Shown here: piece by piece, positions 18,756-27,957 of the stretch
Layout of the letters: each line of letters starts with the position of its first letter
How positions within the stretch are numbered: position 1 is the first letter of the stretch
From: Candidatus Enteromonas sp.
GTDB taxonomy: Bacteria > Bacillota_I > Bacilli_A > RFN20 > CAG-826
Reading direction: 5' to 3'
NCBI GenBank assembly: GCA_034171505.1
Contig: JAXFGC010000004.1
Coordinates: forward strand, 15,269 to 79,268
Length of the DNA: 64,000 nucleotides
Notes under the pieces: generated by a model
Seen by the model: the letters and a program-made list of their open reading frames with translations, nothing else
Databases searched by the model: none
What the model was told of the DNA's origin: nothing
Made by a program: the position numbers and the translations under genes

Positions 18756-19556
18756 TTAGTTCACAGGAGTTTGCGGAACTTCTTGTTTGCTTTTGATCTT
18801 TTGGACGATGAATCGGACCAAGGTCGAAATCCCGGAAGGAAGCAAGCCAAGGATATAGAAGGAGACTAAGAAGATGATGTAATAAACAACAAAGGGGACG
18901 TAGGGCTTAATCATCATGTCGATGATGGGGAAGGTCGCGGGGCAATCGGGATGGAGATAGAAAAGCCAAAGGGGAGAGTTCGGGTCCACCGCGTGGGCAA
19001 TCAAGTTCGCTGAAACCGCGATGAGGGAGCAGAAGATGAAAGCGACATAGCCAAAGGAGACGCCGCGGAAGCCCCGTTTCCCATCGAATCGGTAGCTCGT
19101 GAGGATGAAGGCACCTACTCCGCAGATGATGCAATGGTAGAATCCCGAATGCAAAGAGAGGAAGATGTGCAAAGTCTTCACCATCGCGCTCGGATTGACA
19201 AAATAGGCGATCCCGGAGAAGAGGACGACGGAAGAACAAAGACCTAACGCGGTTTCTTTGACCCACCCTTTCTTCATGAGGGGAAGGAAGGGGAGAACGT
19301 AAAGGGGTAGGGAACAGATTTGGAAGGGAATCAAAGCGATGGTTCCTTCTCCCACGGCAATCGTGTAAATGATTTTGATGATTTCAAGACCCACGAGGCC
19401 TATTCCAATGTAAGAGAGGATTCTGGCGCGTTTGGCCTCGTATTTCTCATCGGAGAAGCGGCTCCCGAAAATGCATGATGCCACGAGGACCAGTACCACT
19501 AGGGCAATGAAGATGATATGAAGTGTCCCAAACTTCTTCGGATAATCGTTCCACAT
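18756..19556 (-). CDS. Polytopic integral membrane protein, unknown function
   Basis: 266 aa with about 7 predicted TM helices. No family recognised. Confidence 0.6.
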   Translation of the reverse strand: MWNDYPKKFGTLHIIFIALVVLVLVASCIFGSRFSDEKYEAKRARILSYIGIGLVGLEIIKIIYTIAVGEGTIALIPFQICSLPLYVLPFLPLMKKGWVKETALGLCSSVVLFSGIAYFVNPSAMVKTLHIFLSLHSGFYHCIICGVGAFILTSYRFDGKRGFRGVSFGYVAFIFCSLIAVSANLIAHAVDPNSPLWLFYLHPDCPATFPIIDMMIKPYVPFVVYYIIFLVSFYILGLLPSGISTLVRFIVQKIKSKQEVPQTPVN

Positions 19557-19924
19557 AATGTTTTGCTTGCAAATTTATCCTATTTAATCATAGAAAAATG
19601 GAAAGTACTACCCAAATTTTCAACACATCGTTATTCCTTGTTCAACAATGTGTTGAAAATTGGAAAATCGGGAAAACATGAAGCCCTTCTCCAAAAGGCG
19701 GATACCCCAAGTTCAATCAAGCGGGAACTCCATTTCGCGTCCAAAGAAAGAAACCCAATCTTTTTTTCAACAAAAAAGACTTATGCCACCTGATGTTGTC
19801 GCCTGCTTAGTCAACCACATGGAAGTTACAGTTTCCGTCTGTTTCATTTTTGGAAACTGGTAATACGAAAATAGCGAAAGAAAAGGGCGCGGTTTTTCGC
19901 GCCCAAGGAAATGGTGTAGAAGGA

Positions 19925-22327
19925 TTAGGGGGTGACCAACGCGGCCGCGTTGATGACGGATTGGAGGGTCATCTTGGTGAGAGAATCGGGATAAGAATTG
20001 TCATCAATTAAGCCCGCGGCGATGAGCTGGTAGATGGTCGCGTTTTGGATGGCGGTGCGGGTGGCGCTGCCTTCAAGGTCCACGACGCGGGTGGTGGATT
20101 CGGTGTAGACGATACCGCGTCCGTTACTCGAATCGACGGTGACGTCGTAGGCGAACAAGGACCAGACGCTCGAGTTGGTGGAAATGTAATAGACTTCACC
20201 GGTCGCGGAGGGATCGTAAGTGTAGACCGTTTTGCCGTCTCCGTTGACGGATTTGACGTATTTGTCGTGACGGCTGGAGTTGTCGGTGGTGGAGAAGACG
20301 TTTCCGCCGTAAACCTTATACAAAGTGAGGTCGTTGACGGTCGATCCGAGTTCGCCGAGGGTGCAATCCGAATCGATGAGGGCGTCCACAATCGCGGAGG
20401 GGTTCGAAGGATCCTTGGTCAAGACGGTGGAAATCTTGATTTTCGTCATGTCGAAGGAATTCAGAGATCCGACGGTAATCTTTTCGGGAGTATCGATCGC
20501 TGGGTCGTTAATGGCATCGAGCAAGCAATCGTAGAGGCCTTCGTTTCCCGTGTAAGGAAGGACGGTGGTGAGCCCGATGTTATCGGTATTGATGCCAGTG
20601 GAGAGATTGCTCAAGGTGATGTTCTCGTAGGTCAAACCGGTCATCTGCTCGAGCATGGTACGGAGGGTGCTATCCGCGGCAAGGTTGAGGACGGTCGAGA
20701 GTTTGATGGAGTCGGTGGAGAAGGTGGAAAGATCGGTGAGGGTGATTTCTTCCCAGGATTTGCCGGTGCCTTGGCTCAAGATGTCCTTGATTTCCGCGGA
20801 GGGGCTCGTCATGACAGTGGCTAAGTGGACGAGGTCGATATTGAAGGCGGTTTCGCCGGAGAGTTGGCCAAGGGTGATTTGGGCGAACGAGGCGTCGTAA
20901 TCGCTGGTATCTCCACCCGTGGCTTCAACGAGGACTTTGACGACGATCGAGTTCGGGTTCGAAATGATGCTGTTGAGGTGGACGTTGGTTAAATTGATGT
21001 CTTTGATGTCCGCGACGGTGATTTCATTCCAGGTTTTCGGGGCACGGAGGTCTTCGAGGACGTCTTTGAGGGCACCCGCTTCGCTCTCCTTGATGATGGA
21101 ACTGATCGGGGTGGATTCCAAATCCGCGTCATTGATGTGACCCAAGGTTAAGGTTTCCCAAGTGACGGATGGATCCGAGTCTTTGCACGCTCCAACGAGG
21201 ACGTCGTAGAGCATTTCGTTGTCCACGGTTTTATCGCCGAGGATGGATTTGAGTTTGATGCGATCCATGTCGATGTTTTTGATATCGCCAAGGGTCAAAT
21301 CTTCGGGGCTTCCTTCGGATTTGCCGGAGGCGTCAAAGAGAACATCGTAGGTCGCTTTGTTGGAAGCATAATCGCCGAGAATGACGGTGAGTTTGACGTT
21401 GTCGGGGTTCAAACCATCGAGGTCACCGACGGTGATGTTGTCCTTCGTGAGGCCTTTCGCGGGATCGGTCGCGCCGAGAATGATGTCGTACATGTTTTCG
21501 TTACCGGCGTAGGGGAAGACGTCGATGAGTCGAATGCTTTTCGCGATTTCATTGGCGTTGATCGAACCAAGGTCGGCGATTGTGTGGTCGCCCAAGATGG
21601 TGCGGATGATACTGTCGCTTTCAACCGGGGTGATGGATTCGATGAGGTTGATGGCTTTGTTCTGGACCAAACGGGTTCCGATGATTTGGAAGAGGTCGAG
21701 GACATTTACATCCTTCAAAGCCGGGTAGTACCAATCTTTATCCGCGGCTTCCGGGACCATCATACCCTCTTTGTCGAAGACGCGAGCATAGACGTTATTG
21801 CCTCCTTCCGAGGAGACGCAGTAGTAATAAAGTTCAGGGAGGAAAGAAGAAGAGGTCGGATCGACGGCTTCTTTTTGTTCGACGGTGAGCAAATCCCAGT
21901 TGTTCATGACGGAGATTTTGCCCAAATCACCGAGGGCGTCACCGAGTTCCAAAGAATTGATGGTCGCGGTGACTTGGATTGAACTCATAAGGACTTCGCC
22001 AACGTTGGAGAAATCGTTGAAACGGATGCCTTCGAGGGTTTCCCAATCGACCGTGAAGTATTTCTCGAGGTCGTTTTCTTCCATGACCTTTTTGAGCAAG
22101 TCGGTCACAAAGGGGACATCGCTGACGCCATAATTGCTGTAGTTGGTCAAAATGGAAAGAAGGCTTTGATTTTGCAGTTCCGGGGAAATGTAGTCGTCCT
22201 TGTTATCGACGTTGAAGTAGGTTCCAACGGGGACCACGCCGATGGCGACAAATCCGGCGACTCCGATGAGGATAAACGAGGATACAAATCCAAAGAGCCA
22301 CCAGAGGAAATTCTTTAATGCTTTCAT
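19925..22327 (-). CDS. Membrane-anchored surface protein built from ~10 degenerate ~40-aa repeats
   Basis: N-terminal TM anchor MKALKNFLWWLFGFVSSFILIGVAGFVAIGVV. Repeats share the pattern W-x-x-ITLGDL(x)n-I-x-L-x-(S/T)VL (WETLTLGHINDADL.., WNEITVADIKDINL.., WEEITLTDLSTFST.., YENITLSNLSTGIN.., PEKITVGSLNSFDM..). Confidence 0.7.
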   Translation of the reverse strand: MKALKNFLWWLFGFVSSFILIGVAGFVAIGVVPVGTYFNVDNKDDYISPELQNQSLLSILTNYSNYGVSDVPFVTDLLKKVMEENDLEKYFTVDWETLEGIRFNDFSNVGEVLMSSIQVTATINSLELGDALGDLGKISVMNNWDLLTVEQKEAVDPTSSSFLPELYYYCVSSEGGNNVYARVFDKEGMMVPEAADKDWYYPALKDVNVLDLFQIIGTRLVQNKAINLIESITPVESDSIIRTILGDHTIADLGSINANEIAKSIRLIDVFPYAGNENMYDIILGATDPAKGLTKDNITVGDLDGLNPDNVKLTVILGDYASNKATYDVLFDASGKSEGSPEDLTLGDIKNIDMDRIKLKSILGDKTVDNEMLYDVLVGACKDSDPSVTWETLTLGHINDADLESTPISSIIKESEAGALKDVLEDLRAPKTWNEITVADIKDINLTNVHLNSIISNPNSIVVKVLVEATGGDTSDYDASFAQITLGQLSGETAFNIDLVHLATVMTSPSAEIKDILSQGTGKSWEEITLTDLSTFSTDSIKLSTVLNLAADSTLRTMLEQMTGLTYENITLSNLSTGINTDNIGLTTVLPYTGNEGLYDCLLDAINDPAIDTPEKITVGSLNSFDMTKIKISTVLTKDPSNPSAIVDALIDSDCTLGELGSTVNDLTLYKVYGGNVFSTTDNSSRHDKYVKSVNGDGKTVYTYDPSATGEVYYISTNSSVWSLFAYDVTVDSSNGRGIVYTESTTRVVDLEGSATRTAIQNATIYQLIAAGLIDDNSYPDSLTKMTLQSVINAAALVTP

Positions 22328-22764
22328 TGAGGGTTACCTCCACCGTTACATTATCCGCAAAAACCTCCGTTCCGAAAATAATCTTTCTGTTTTTTTCACT
22401 ATTAAAGAACATGCGCCCGTGAGATTGAGGGCAAAATCAAAGAAAAAGGGGGTGAATTACCAACGTTTGAAAGGTAAGCATTGCAACAATCGAACGGTCG
22501 TATTGAGCCCACCAAATGTTGCGTTTTGGTTGTCCGTTCATCGGAATATGAATACCGTTCTCCTCTCTTTTTGTTTCAAAAGCGATGAATTGTTGCGATG
22601 TGGAAGAATTGTTTCGAAATTATTGTTTTCGTTTGGAATTCATTCACGGCAATCTGAGAGACGCTTTTCTTCTATATGCCAATCCCGATTCGGTTGAGGT
22701 ATTTACCATTTGATTATGTCGGGAATCACCTTGATGAAATTCGCTGAAAAATCTGAATGGATCT

Positions 22765-22794
22765 GCTTGCCTTTTGGAGCCAAACCTTCTAGTA
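22765..22794 (+). promoter_or_regulatory. Candidate sigma-70 promoter of the metK leader
   Basis: TTGCCT, a 17-nt spacer, then TAGTAT. Confidence 0.35.
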
Positions 22795-22963
22795 TTTCGA
22801 CACCGACGAAAGAAGGGACATCAAGAAGCGCCTTCGCAGCTTAGGGCGCTAGCAACTCCGAGGGAAAAGGCCTCGGTAAGTGCTCGCTGCAGCCTCTCCC
22901 CACAAGAGGAACGATGTCGCCTGGTGAAGAAGAGGTTCTCCTTCCCCATTGTGGGAAGGTTTT
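22790..22963 (+). ncRNA. Putative SAM-responsive riboswitch (S-box/SAM-I-like) leader of metK
   Basis: Conserved-looking blocks in the canonical order: GAAGGGAC, then a GCGCC..GGGCGC hairpin (P3-like), AGCAAC, GGUAAGUGC, CUGCAGC, a CCUCU-CCCCACA-AGAGG hairpin (P4-like), then an intrinsic terminator. The aptamer was not matched position-by-position. Confidence 0.4.
22939..22963 (+). terminator. Intrinsic terminator/attenuator 25 nt upstream of the metK start
   Basis: CCTTCCC-CATTGT-GGGAAGG stem followed by TTTTT, inside the 5' leader. Confidence 0.65.
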
Positions 22964-22988
22964 TCGTCGAAGCACGAAAGGAACATCC

Positions 22989-24173
22989 ATGAAAAAAGAA
23001 AAAATCTTGTTCACCAGTGAATCCGTCTCGGAAGGTCACCCCGACAAAGTCGCCGATCAAATCGCCGACGCCGTTCTCGACGCCTGCTTGGCGTTAGATC
23101 CGGACGCCCACGTCGCCTGTGAAGTCTTCACCACCACCGAATTCGTTTTGATTGGCGGAGAAATCTCCTGCAAAGGCAAAGTCGATTACGAAGGCATCGC
23201 CCGCAAAGTGTTACGCGATATCGGCTATACCTCCCCAGAACTTGGTATTGGCGCGGATACCTGCGAAGTCAAAGTCGTCGTGAAAGAACAATCCGCGGAT
23301 ATCGCCCGAGGCGTTGTCCGGGGAGACATCCTTGAACAGGGTGCGGGGGACCAAGGCATTATGTTTGGCTATGCGACCAACGAATCCGCGGGATACATGC
23401 CCCTTCCGATTTCCATCGCCCATAAACTCGTCCGTACCGCGACTACCCTCCGCAAAGAAGGAAAGTTCCCGGGCGCCCGGCCGGACATGAAGTCCCAAGT
23501 TACCATCGATTACACCGATCCCAAGAATATCCGTATCCAAACCGTTTTAATGTCCATTCAGCACGATCCCGATGTGGACATGGATGCCTTCAAGGCTTTT
23601 GTTCACGAGAACATCATGGTTCCCGTCGCGAAGAGTTTTGGCCTCAACTCCGATTTCGAGGTTCTCATCAACCCAACCGGACGTTTCGTCATCGGGGGAC
23701 CGGATGGAGATACGGGATTAACGGGTCGTAAGCTCATCGTCGATACTTATGGTGGCAGCGCTCGACATGGGGGTGGCGCCTTCTCTGGCAAAGACCCCTC
23801 GAAAGTCGATCGCAGCGCTTCCTACTACGCCCGCTACATCGCCAAGAACTTGGTGGCCGCGGGAGCCGCGGATCGCTTGGAAGTCCAACTTTCCTACGCG
23901 ATCGGCGTGGCCAAACCCCTTTCGATCTCTTTGTCCACTTTCCACACCGCCCATTACCCCGATGAAGTGATTTTGGAAGCCATCGATACCTTCTTCGACG
24001 CCCGTCCCGGGGCGATCATCTCGGGATTTGGAATGACGCGCCCAACCTGGAAATACGCGGACACCTGCAATTACGGAGTCTATGGACGCCCCGATATCGA
24101 CGTTCCTTGGGAAAAACTCGATAAAGTGGAAGAACTCCGCGCGTTCCTTGCAACTCGTGAAGCCTTGAAATAA
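22989..24173 (+). CDS. metK: S-adenosylmethionine synthetase
   Basis: MKKEKILFTSESVSEGHPDKVADQIADAVLDA.. and GGGAFSGKDPSKVDRSASYYARYIAKNLVAAG are MAT signatures. Confidence 0.95.
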   Translation: MKKEKILFTSESVSEGHPDKVADQIADAVLDACLALDPDAHVACEVFTTTEFVLIGGEISCKGKVDYEGIARKVLRDIGYTSPELGIGADTCEVKVVVKEQSADIARGVVRGDILEQGAGDQGIMFGYATNESAGYMPLPISIAHKLVRTATTLRKEGKFPGARPDMKSQVTIDYTDPKNIRIQTVLMSIQHDPDVDMDAFKAFVHENIMVPVAKSFGLNSDFEVLINPTGRFVIGGPDGDTGLTGRKLIVDTYGGSARHGGGAFSGKDPSKVDRSASYYARYIAKNLVAAGAADRLEVQLSYAIGVAKPLSISLSTFHTAHYPDEVILEAIDTFFDARPGAIISGFGMTRPTWKYADTCNYGVYGRPDIDVPWEKLDKVEELRAFLATREALK

Positions 24174-24374
24174 ACAAGTTTCAACGCATAGTAATTCCCA
24201 AAATTTTAGACATTGTATAAAGGGTTCGTTTCCGAAATCTAGGCCATTTATCGAAGGAATTGATTTCTGAATTCCCTCAAGGCTTGAAACCGCTTACATT
24301 TTCGGAAATGTCAACCCTTTTTCTTTCTTGTTTTCCGCATACAATAAGAGTGTGGTCCTAGGAGGACAATGTAG

Positions 24375-24923
24375 ATGAAATACCAAATCATTGGCAAGAA
24401 CATCGAAGTGACCGAAGCCATCCGCGATGACATTCAGCGCAAGCTCCATCGCATGGACAAGTACTTCGTGATCAACGATGATGTCCTTTGCCGCGCCGTC
24501 GTTCGTAGTTACACCGTCGGCGCCAAAGTGGAAATCACCATCTTCACCAAACAGATGGATTTCCGAGCGGAGGTCAAAAACGACGACCTCTATGCCGCCG
24601 TCGATTTAGCGATCGACAAACTCGAAGGTCAGATGCGCAAACTCAAGACGCGCATGGACCGTGCCAAAGAATCCGATTCCCTTGGCCGAGCGTTGGCCAT
24701 GGAAAATATCCGGGAATACGAAGAAGAAGAACCTGATGAAATCGTCCGCACCAAATCGATTCGCCTCGAACCGATGAGCATCGACGAAGCCATCACCCGC
24801 ATGGAGGCCCTCGGCCATTCCTTCTTCATGTATCTCGATGAGGAAGACGACCAAATTGCCGTGGTCTATGCCCGTATCGATGGCGGTTATGGCGTCATCG
24901 AAGCGGAGAACCGCCTCGCCTAA
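24375..24923 (+). CDS. hpf: Ribosome hibernation-promoting factor (long form)
   Basis: MKYQIIGKNIEVTEAIRDDIQRKLHRMDKYF.. with a C-terminal dimerisation domain. GGAGGA RBS. Confidence 0.9.
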   Translation: MKYQIIGKNIEVTEAIRDDIQRKLHRMDKYFVINDDVLCRAVVRSYTVGAKVEITIFTKQMDFRAEVKNDDLYAAVDLAIDKLEGQMRKLKTRMDRAKESDSLGRALAMENIREYEEEEPDEIVRTKSIRLEPMSIDEAITRMEALGHSFFMYLDEEDDQIAVVYARIDGGYGVIEAENRLA

Positions 24924-24935
24924 TTCGCCTTATCC

Positions 24936-24967
24936 GAGCCAAGGGAGCAATCCTTTGGCTCTTTTTT
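24936..24967 (+). terminator. Rho-independent terminator after hpf
   Basis: gagccaaggg-agcaat-cctttggctc stem followed by TTTTTT. Confidence 0.6.
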
Positions 24968-25014
24968 CTTCTCTTGGGTGAATTTTCCTCCATCTCGGAG
25001 TATATTCATTCCAT

Positions 25015-25902
25015 ATGAGCGGTAAAGTCTTAGTCACCGACCTCGACGGAACCCTTTTCTTCCCGAAGTCGCACGTTCAAATGATTCCGAAGCAGAACGT
25101 GGAATTCCTGAAGAAATGGACCGCCGACGGAAACCTCCTGGTCCTCAATTCCAGCCGTGGGGAATACTATGCCAAGAAGATTTACGATCGTTTTGGCATC
25201 CCCTTCGATTTCATTGGATGCGACGGGGCCTATGTCCGGGCGGATGGTAAGGTCATTAAGGAAGCTACTTTTGAACCGGAACCCTTCAAGAAACTTCTCA
25301 TGGTCCTCAAGAGGGATTTCAAACCCTCTTTGTTCATCGGCTCCACCAAGGATTACCCAATTCTCCAATCCAAAGCCCACAACACCTTCTTCGGCACGTT
25401 GTTCTACAGCCTCTACTCCATGGTCCAGTTCGTTTATCACGAACCCTGCATCCGAAGCGATACCTTCTTCTACAACGAAATCGAGAAGAACCGCATGAGC
25501 AAGATGATGGTTTGCATCGGCTTAACGAAAAAGAAGCAACGCCTCGCTTACCACCTGACCCAAGTCCTCTCCCGCCACTACCCCGAATTCCGCTTTTTCT
25601 GGATGAACCAATTTATCGAAATCACCCCTAAGGGGTGCGATAAAGGCTCTGGACTAGAGTTTTATCTTGACTATCGGGGCATATCAAAAGAAAATGTTAC
25701 GGTTATCGGGGATTCCGGTAATGACATTCCGATGTTCGACGCGTTCTATGAGCAGAGCTACTGCATGGAACATGGGCCCAAAGAAGTCCAAGTCCACGCC
25801 AAGCACGTCATCAAGCGCGTCAGCGACCTCGTAAAACTGCTATACCCGTCTGAGGATAGCAAAATCCCCGCTCCCAGAAGAAAGAAAGAAGAAAAACGAT
25901 GA
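25015..25902 (+). CDS. Cof-type HAD-IIB hydrolase
   Basis: DxD motif VTDLDGTLF at the N-terminus. C-terminal GDSGND. Confidence 0.8.
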   Translation: MSGKVLVTDLDGTLFFPKSHVQMIPKQNVEFLKKWTADGNLLVLNSSRGEYYAKKIYDRFGIPFDFIGCDGAYVRADGKVIKEATFEPEPFKKLLMVLKRDFKPSLFIGSTKDYPILQSKAHNTFFGTLFYSLYSMVQFVYHEPCIRSDTFFYNEIEKNRMSKMMVCIGLTKKKQRLAYHLTQVLSRHYPEFRFFWMNQFIEITPKGCDKGSGLEFYLDYRGISKENVTVIGDSGNDIPMFDAFYEQSYCMEHGPKEVQVHAKHVIKRVSDLVKLLYPSEDSKIPAPRRKKEEKR

Positions 25903-26789
25903 ATCAAAACACCGAAACCGTCGTCACCCTCATCCACTACAACGTGGCCGTTCGTGACACTTTGGAGTATTGCCTCCAAAAGAACGCCTATGACGTGAAT
26001 CTCTTCGGCGCGAAGAAGAACACCCTTCTCTCCGAAGTCGATAACCCGACCCCCCTCAAATCCATCTTGGATCACTCGGGCGACAACGGCAAAAAGATGG
26101 ACGAAGCCATCCGCGCCATGGTCGAAGAAGTTTATGGCGAGAAATCCACCATCTGCAAAGTCTCCGGTGGCAACCTCGTGGTCGACCACGCCCAACACCT
26201 TGCCATCTTTGCCCACGTCCTTCCCATCCACGACAACATCACCGCGATGATCCGCGGCGTCATTGCCGATGGGGAAGCCAAAGCCGCCCAGGCCAAGAGC
26301 GAAGAAGAAAAAGCCGCCCTTTCGATGGCGGAGGCCCGCAAACTCTGGGCTGCCGAAGACGCCATGTTCCGCGCCGTTGCCTTCCTCACCCTCGTCAACG
26401 AGCTCAACAAACTCTTCAACGACTACAATATCGCCCGTAACGAAGCCCATGGGGAAAACACCCCGGCTTCCAACTTCATCGGTCAAGACATCCAAAAAGT
26501 CATCGGTTACATCAATGGCTGCCGTCAAAACGCCCTTGCCACCAACTTGGTCTACAAGTCCATGGAAGACAAGATCAACGCCCTTGTGGAAAACTGCATC
26601 GGCCGTCGTGACCTCCCCGCCGGCAAGCGTTTCCCGGATGTCCAACGCGAAGTCCTCGAGACCATCAACCTCTATCTCCGTGACGCCGAAGCGGCCATGA
26701 ACGCCATCTACCCCGACATGGTCAAAGGCCTTATCGAACAAGTGAAGGCCGACCAAGCCAAGGCCGAACAAGCCAAAGCGCAAGCCTAA
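25899..26789 (+). CDS. Hypothetical cytoplasmic protein (296 aa) with an Ala/Gln/Lys-rich coiled-coil tail
   Basis: Start overlaps the Cof stop (ATGA). Ends ..KADQAKAEQAKAQA. No family recognised. Confidence 0.55.
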   Translation: MNQNTETVVTLIHYNVAVRDTLEYCLQKNAYDVNLFGAKKNTLLSEVDNPTPLKSILDHSGDNGKKMDEAIRAMVEEVYGEKSTICKVSGGNLVVDHAQHLAIFAHVLPIHDNITAMIRGVIADGEAKAAQAKSEEEKAALSMAEARKLWAAEDAMFRAVAFLTLVNELNKLFNDYNIARNEAHGENTPASNFIGQDIQKVIGYINGCRQNALATNLVYKSMEDKINALVENCIGRRDLPAGKRFPDVQREVLETINLYLRDAEAAMNAIYPDMVKGLIEQVKADQAKAEQAKAQA

Positions 26790-26801
26790 GGAAGATAATC
26801 C

Positions 26802-27164
26802 ATGAGCAAGAAGAACCATTCTGCACGCAAAGAGCGCTTCTGGTACATATTGGGCGGATTCTTGGCATTTGCCGGTTTGGTCTTCCTGATCTTCGGGATC
26901 ATCGGCGACCATATGCCGGTGAAGGCCAGTGACAACTGGGTGATCTATTCCCAAGACATGTGGCTCACCAATTGGAGCGGCATGGGATACCGTTACTGGG
27001 GCCTCATCTTGTTGGGTGTGGGAACCCTCATCGCCGTCATTGCCCTCACCTATTTCGCGAGCAGCGGCGACCGTGACTCCGAACGCGCGGCCCGTCGTGC
27101 CCAACGTCTCGCCCTCGAAAGCGAAGAGGCCGAGGTCGTCGAAGAAACTCCTTCCGCGAACTAA
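26802..27164 (+). CDS. Small membrane protein (2 TM) with an acidic C-terminus
   Basis: AAGGAAG RBS. Two hydrophobic helices, then ..ESEEAEVVEETPSAN. Confidence 0.5.
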   Translation: MSKKNHSARKERFWYILGGFLAFAGLVFLIFGIIGDHMPVKASDNWVIYSQDMWLTNWSGMGYRYWGLILLGVGTLIAVIALTYFASSGDRDSERAARRAQRLALESEEAEVVEETPSAN

Positions 27165-27182
27165 GCTGTTTCCTCCAATATC

Positions 27183-27208
27183 GCCACCTCCTTCCGAGGT
27201 GGCTTTTT
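27183..27208 (+). terminator. Rho-independent terminator
   Basis: gccacctc-cttcc-gaggtggc stem followed by TTTTT. Confidence 0.55.
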
Positions 27209-27328
27209 CATCCCCTTATCCGATAGTAAAGAGGGGAGAACACCCGTAAGGAAATGTTGCCTGTCAAGCCTTGAATTTGGGTTTTTGGGCGGTATATTTT
27301 CCATGTTTCGAAAGGAGTGCATTCGTTT

Positions 27329-27811
27329 ATGGCGAAAAAACACAAAATCAACAACAACCTCATCTACGCGATTGTCATGCTCATCCTTGGCATCCTCTTG
27401 ATCGTCGGGGGAGCCGGATTTGCCCAGAACGCCCTCGGGATCCTCATCACGGTCCTCGGCGCCGTCTTGGTGGTCTATGGTATCCTCGACCTCGTGGCGA
27501 AGAACTTTGCAAACGGGGTGATCTATCTCCTCTTTGGCATCCTTCTCATCGTCTTTGCCTGGACCATCGCTTGGGTCGCGTTCGTGGTCCTTGGCGCCGT
27601 CTTGCTCCTCGCGGGCATCATCAACATCGTCCACGACAAGAAGAAAAACCTCGTGAAGAACATCTTGAGCTTGGTCCTTGGCGTCCTCGCGTTATTGCTC
27701 GCGTTTGGGGTACATGGTGCTTGGGCGTTCGTCAACATTATCTTCTACATCCTCGGGGGTCTTTGCATCCTCGAAGGTCTTGTCGTTCTCCTCTACGCGA
27801 TGAAGCGATAA
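27329..27811 (+). CDS. Four-TM small membrane protein, unknown function
   Basis: AGGAG lies 12 nt before ATG 27329. MAKKHKINNNLIYAIVMLILGILLIVGG.. Confidence 0.6.
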   Translation: MAKKHKINNNLIYAIVMLILGILLIVGGAGFAQNALGILITVLGAVLVVYGILDLVAKNFANGVIYLLFGILLIVFAWTIAWVAFVVLGAVLLLAGIINIVHDKKKNLVKNILSLVLGVLALLLAFGVHGAWAFVNIIFYILGGLCILEGLVVLLYAMKR

Positions 27812-27830
27812 GGAAAACCTTTCTTTCTTT

Positions 27831-27857
27831 GGGGCCGGAATTCCGGCCCTTTTTTAT
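27831..27857 (+). terminator. Rho-independent terminator
   Basis: ggggccggaattccggcccc palindromic stem followed by TTTTTT. Confidence 0.65.
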
Positions 27858-27957
27858 ATATAAAAGGATAAGGGGAGATAGGAATTGTTCGGCAAACGAA
27901 ACGTAAGTGATATTTGCTTTTGCTAATTTGAGGGAAACCAAGTAACCTAATGGAAGC

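Noticed and set aside
25758-27104. Long antisense ORFs inside GC-rich genes (e.g. 25758-27104, 39701-40903, 50421-52346, 53500-55002, 55338-57239, 20045-20824)
   Set aside because: Gly/Val/Asp/Arg-rich products with no motifs, overlapping well-supported genes on the other strand. They are a by-product of GC-rich third codon positions.
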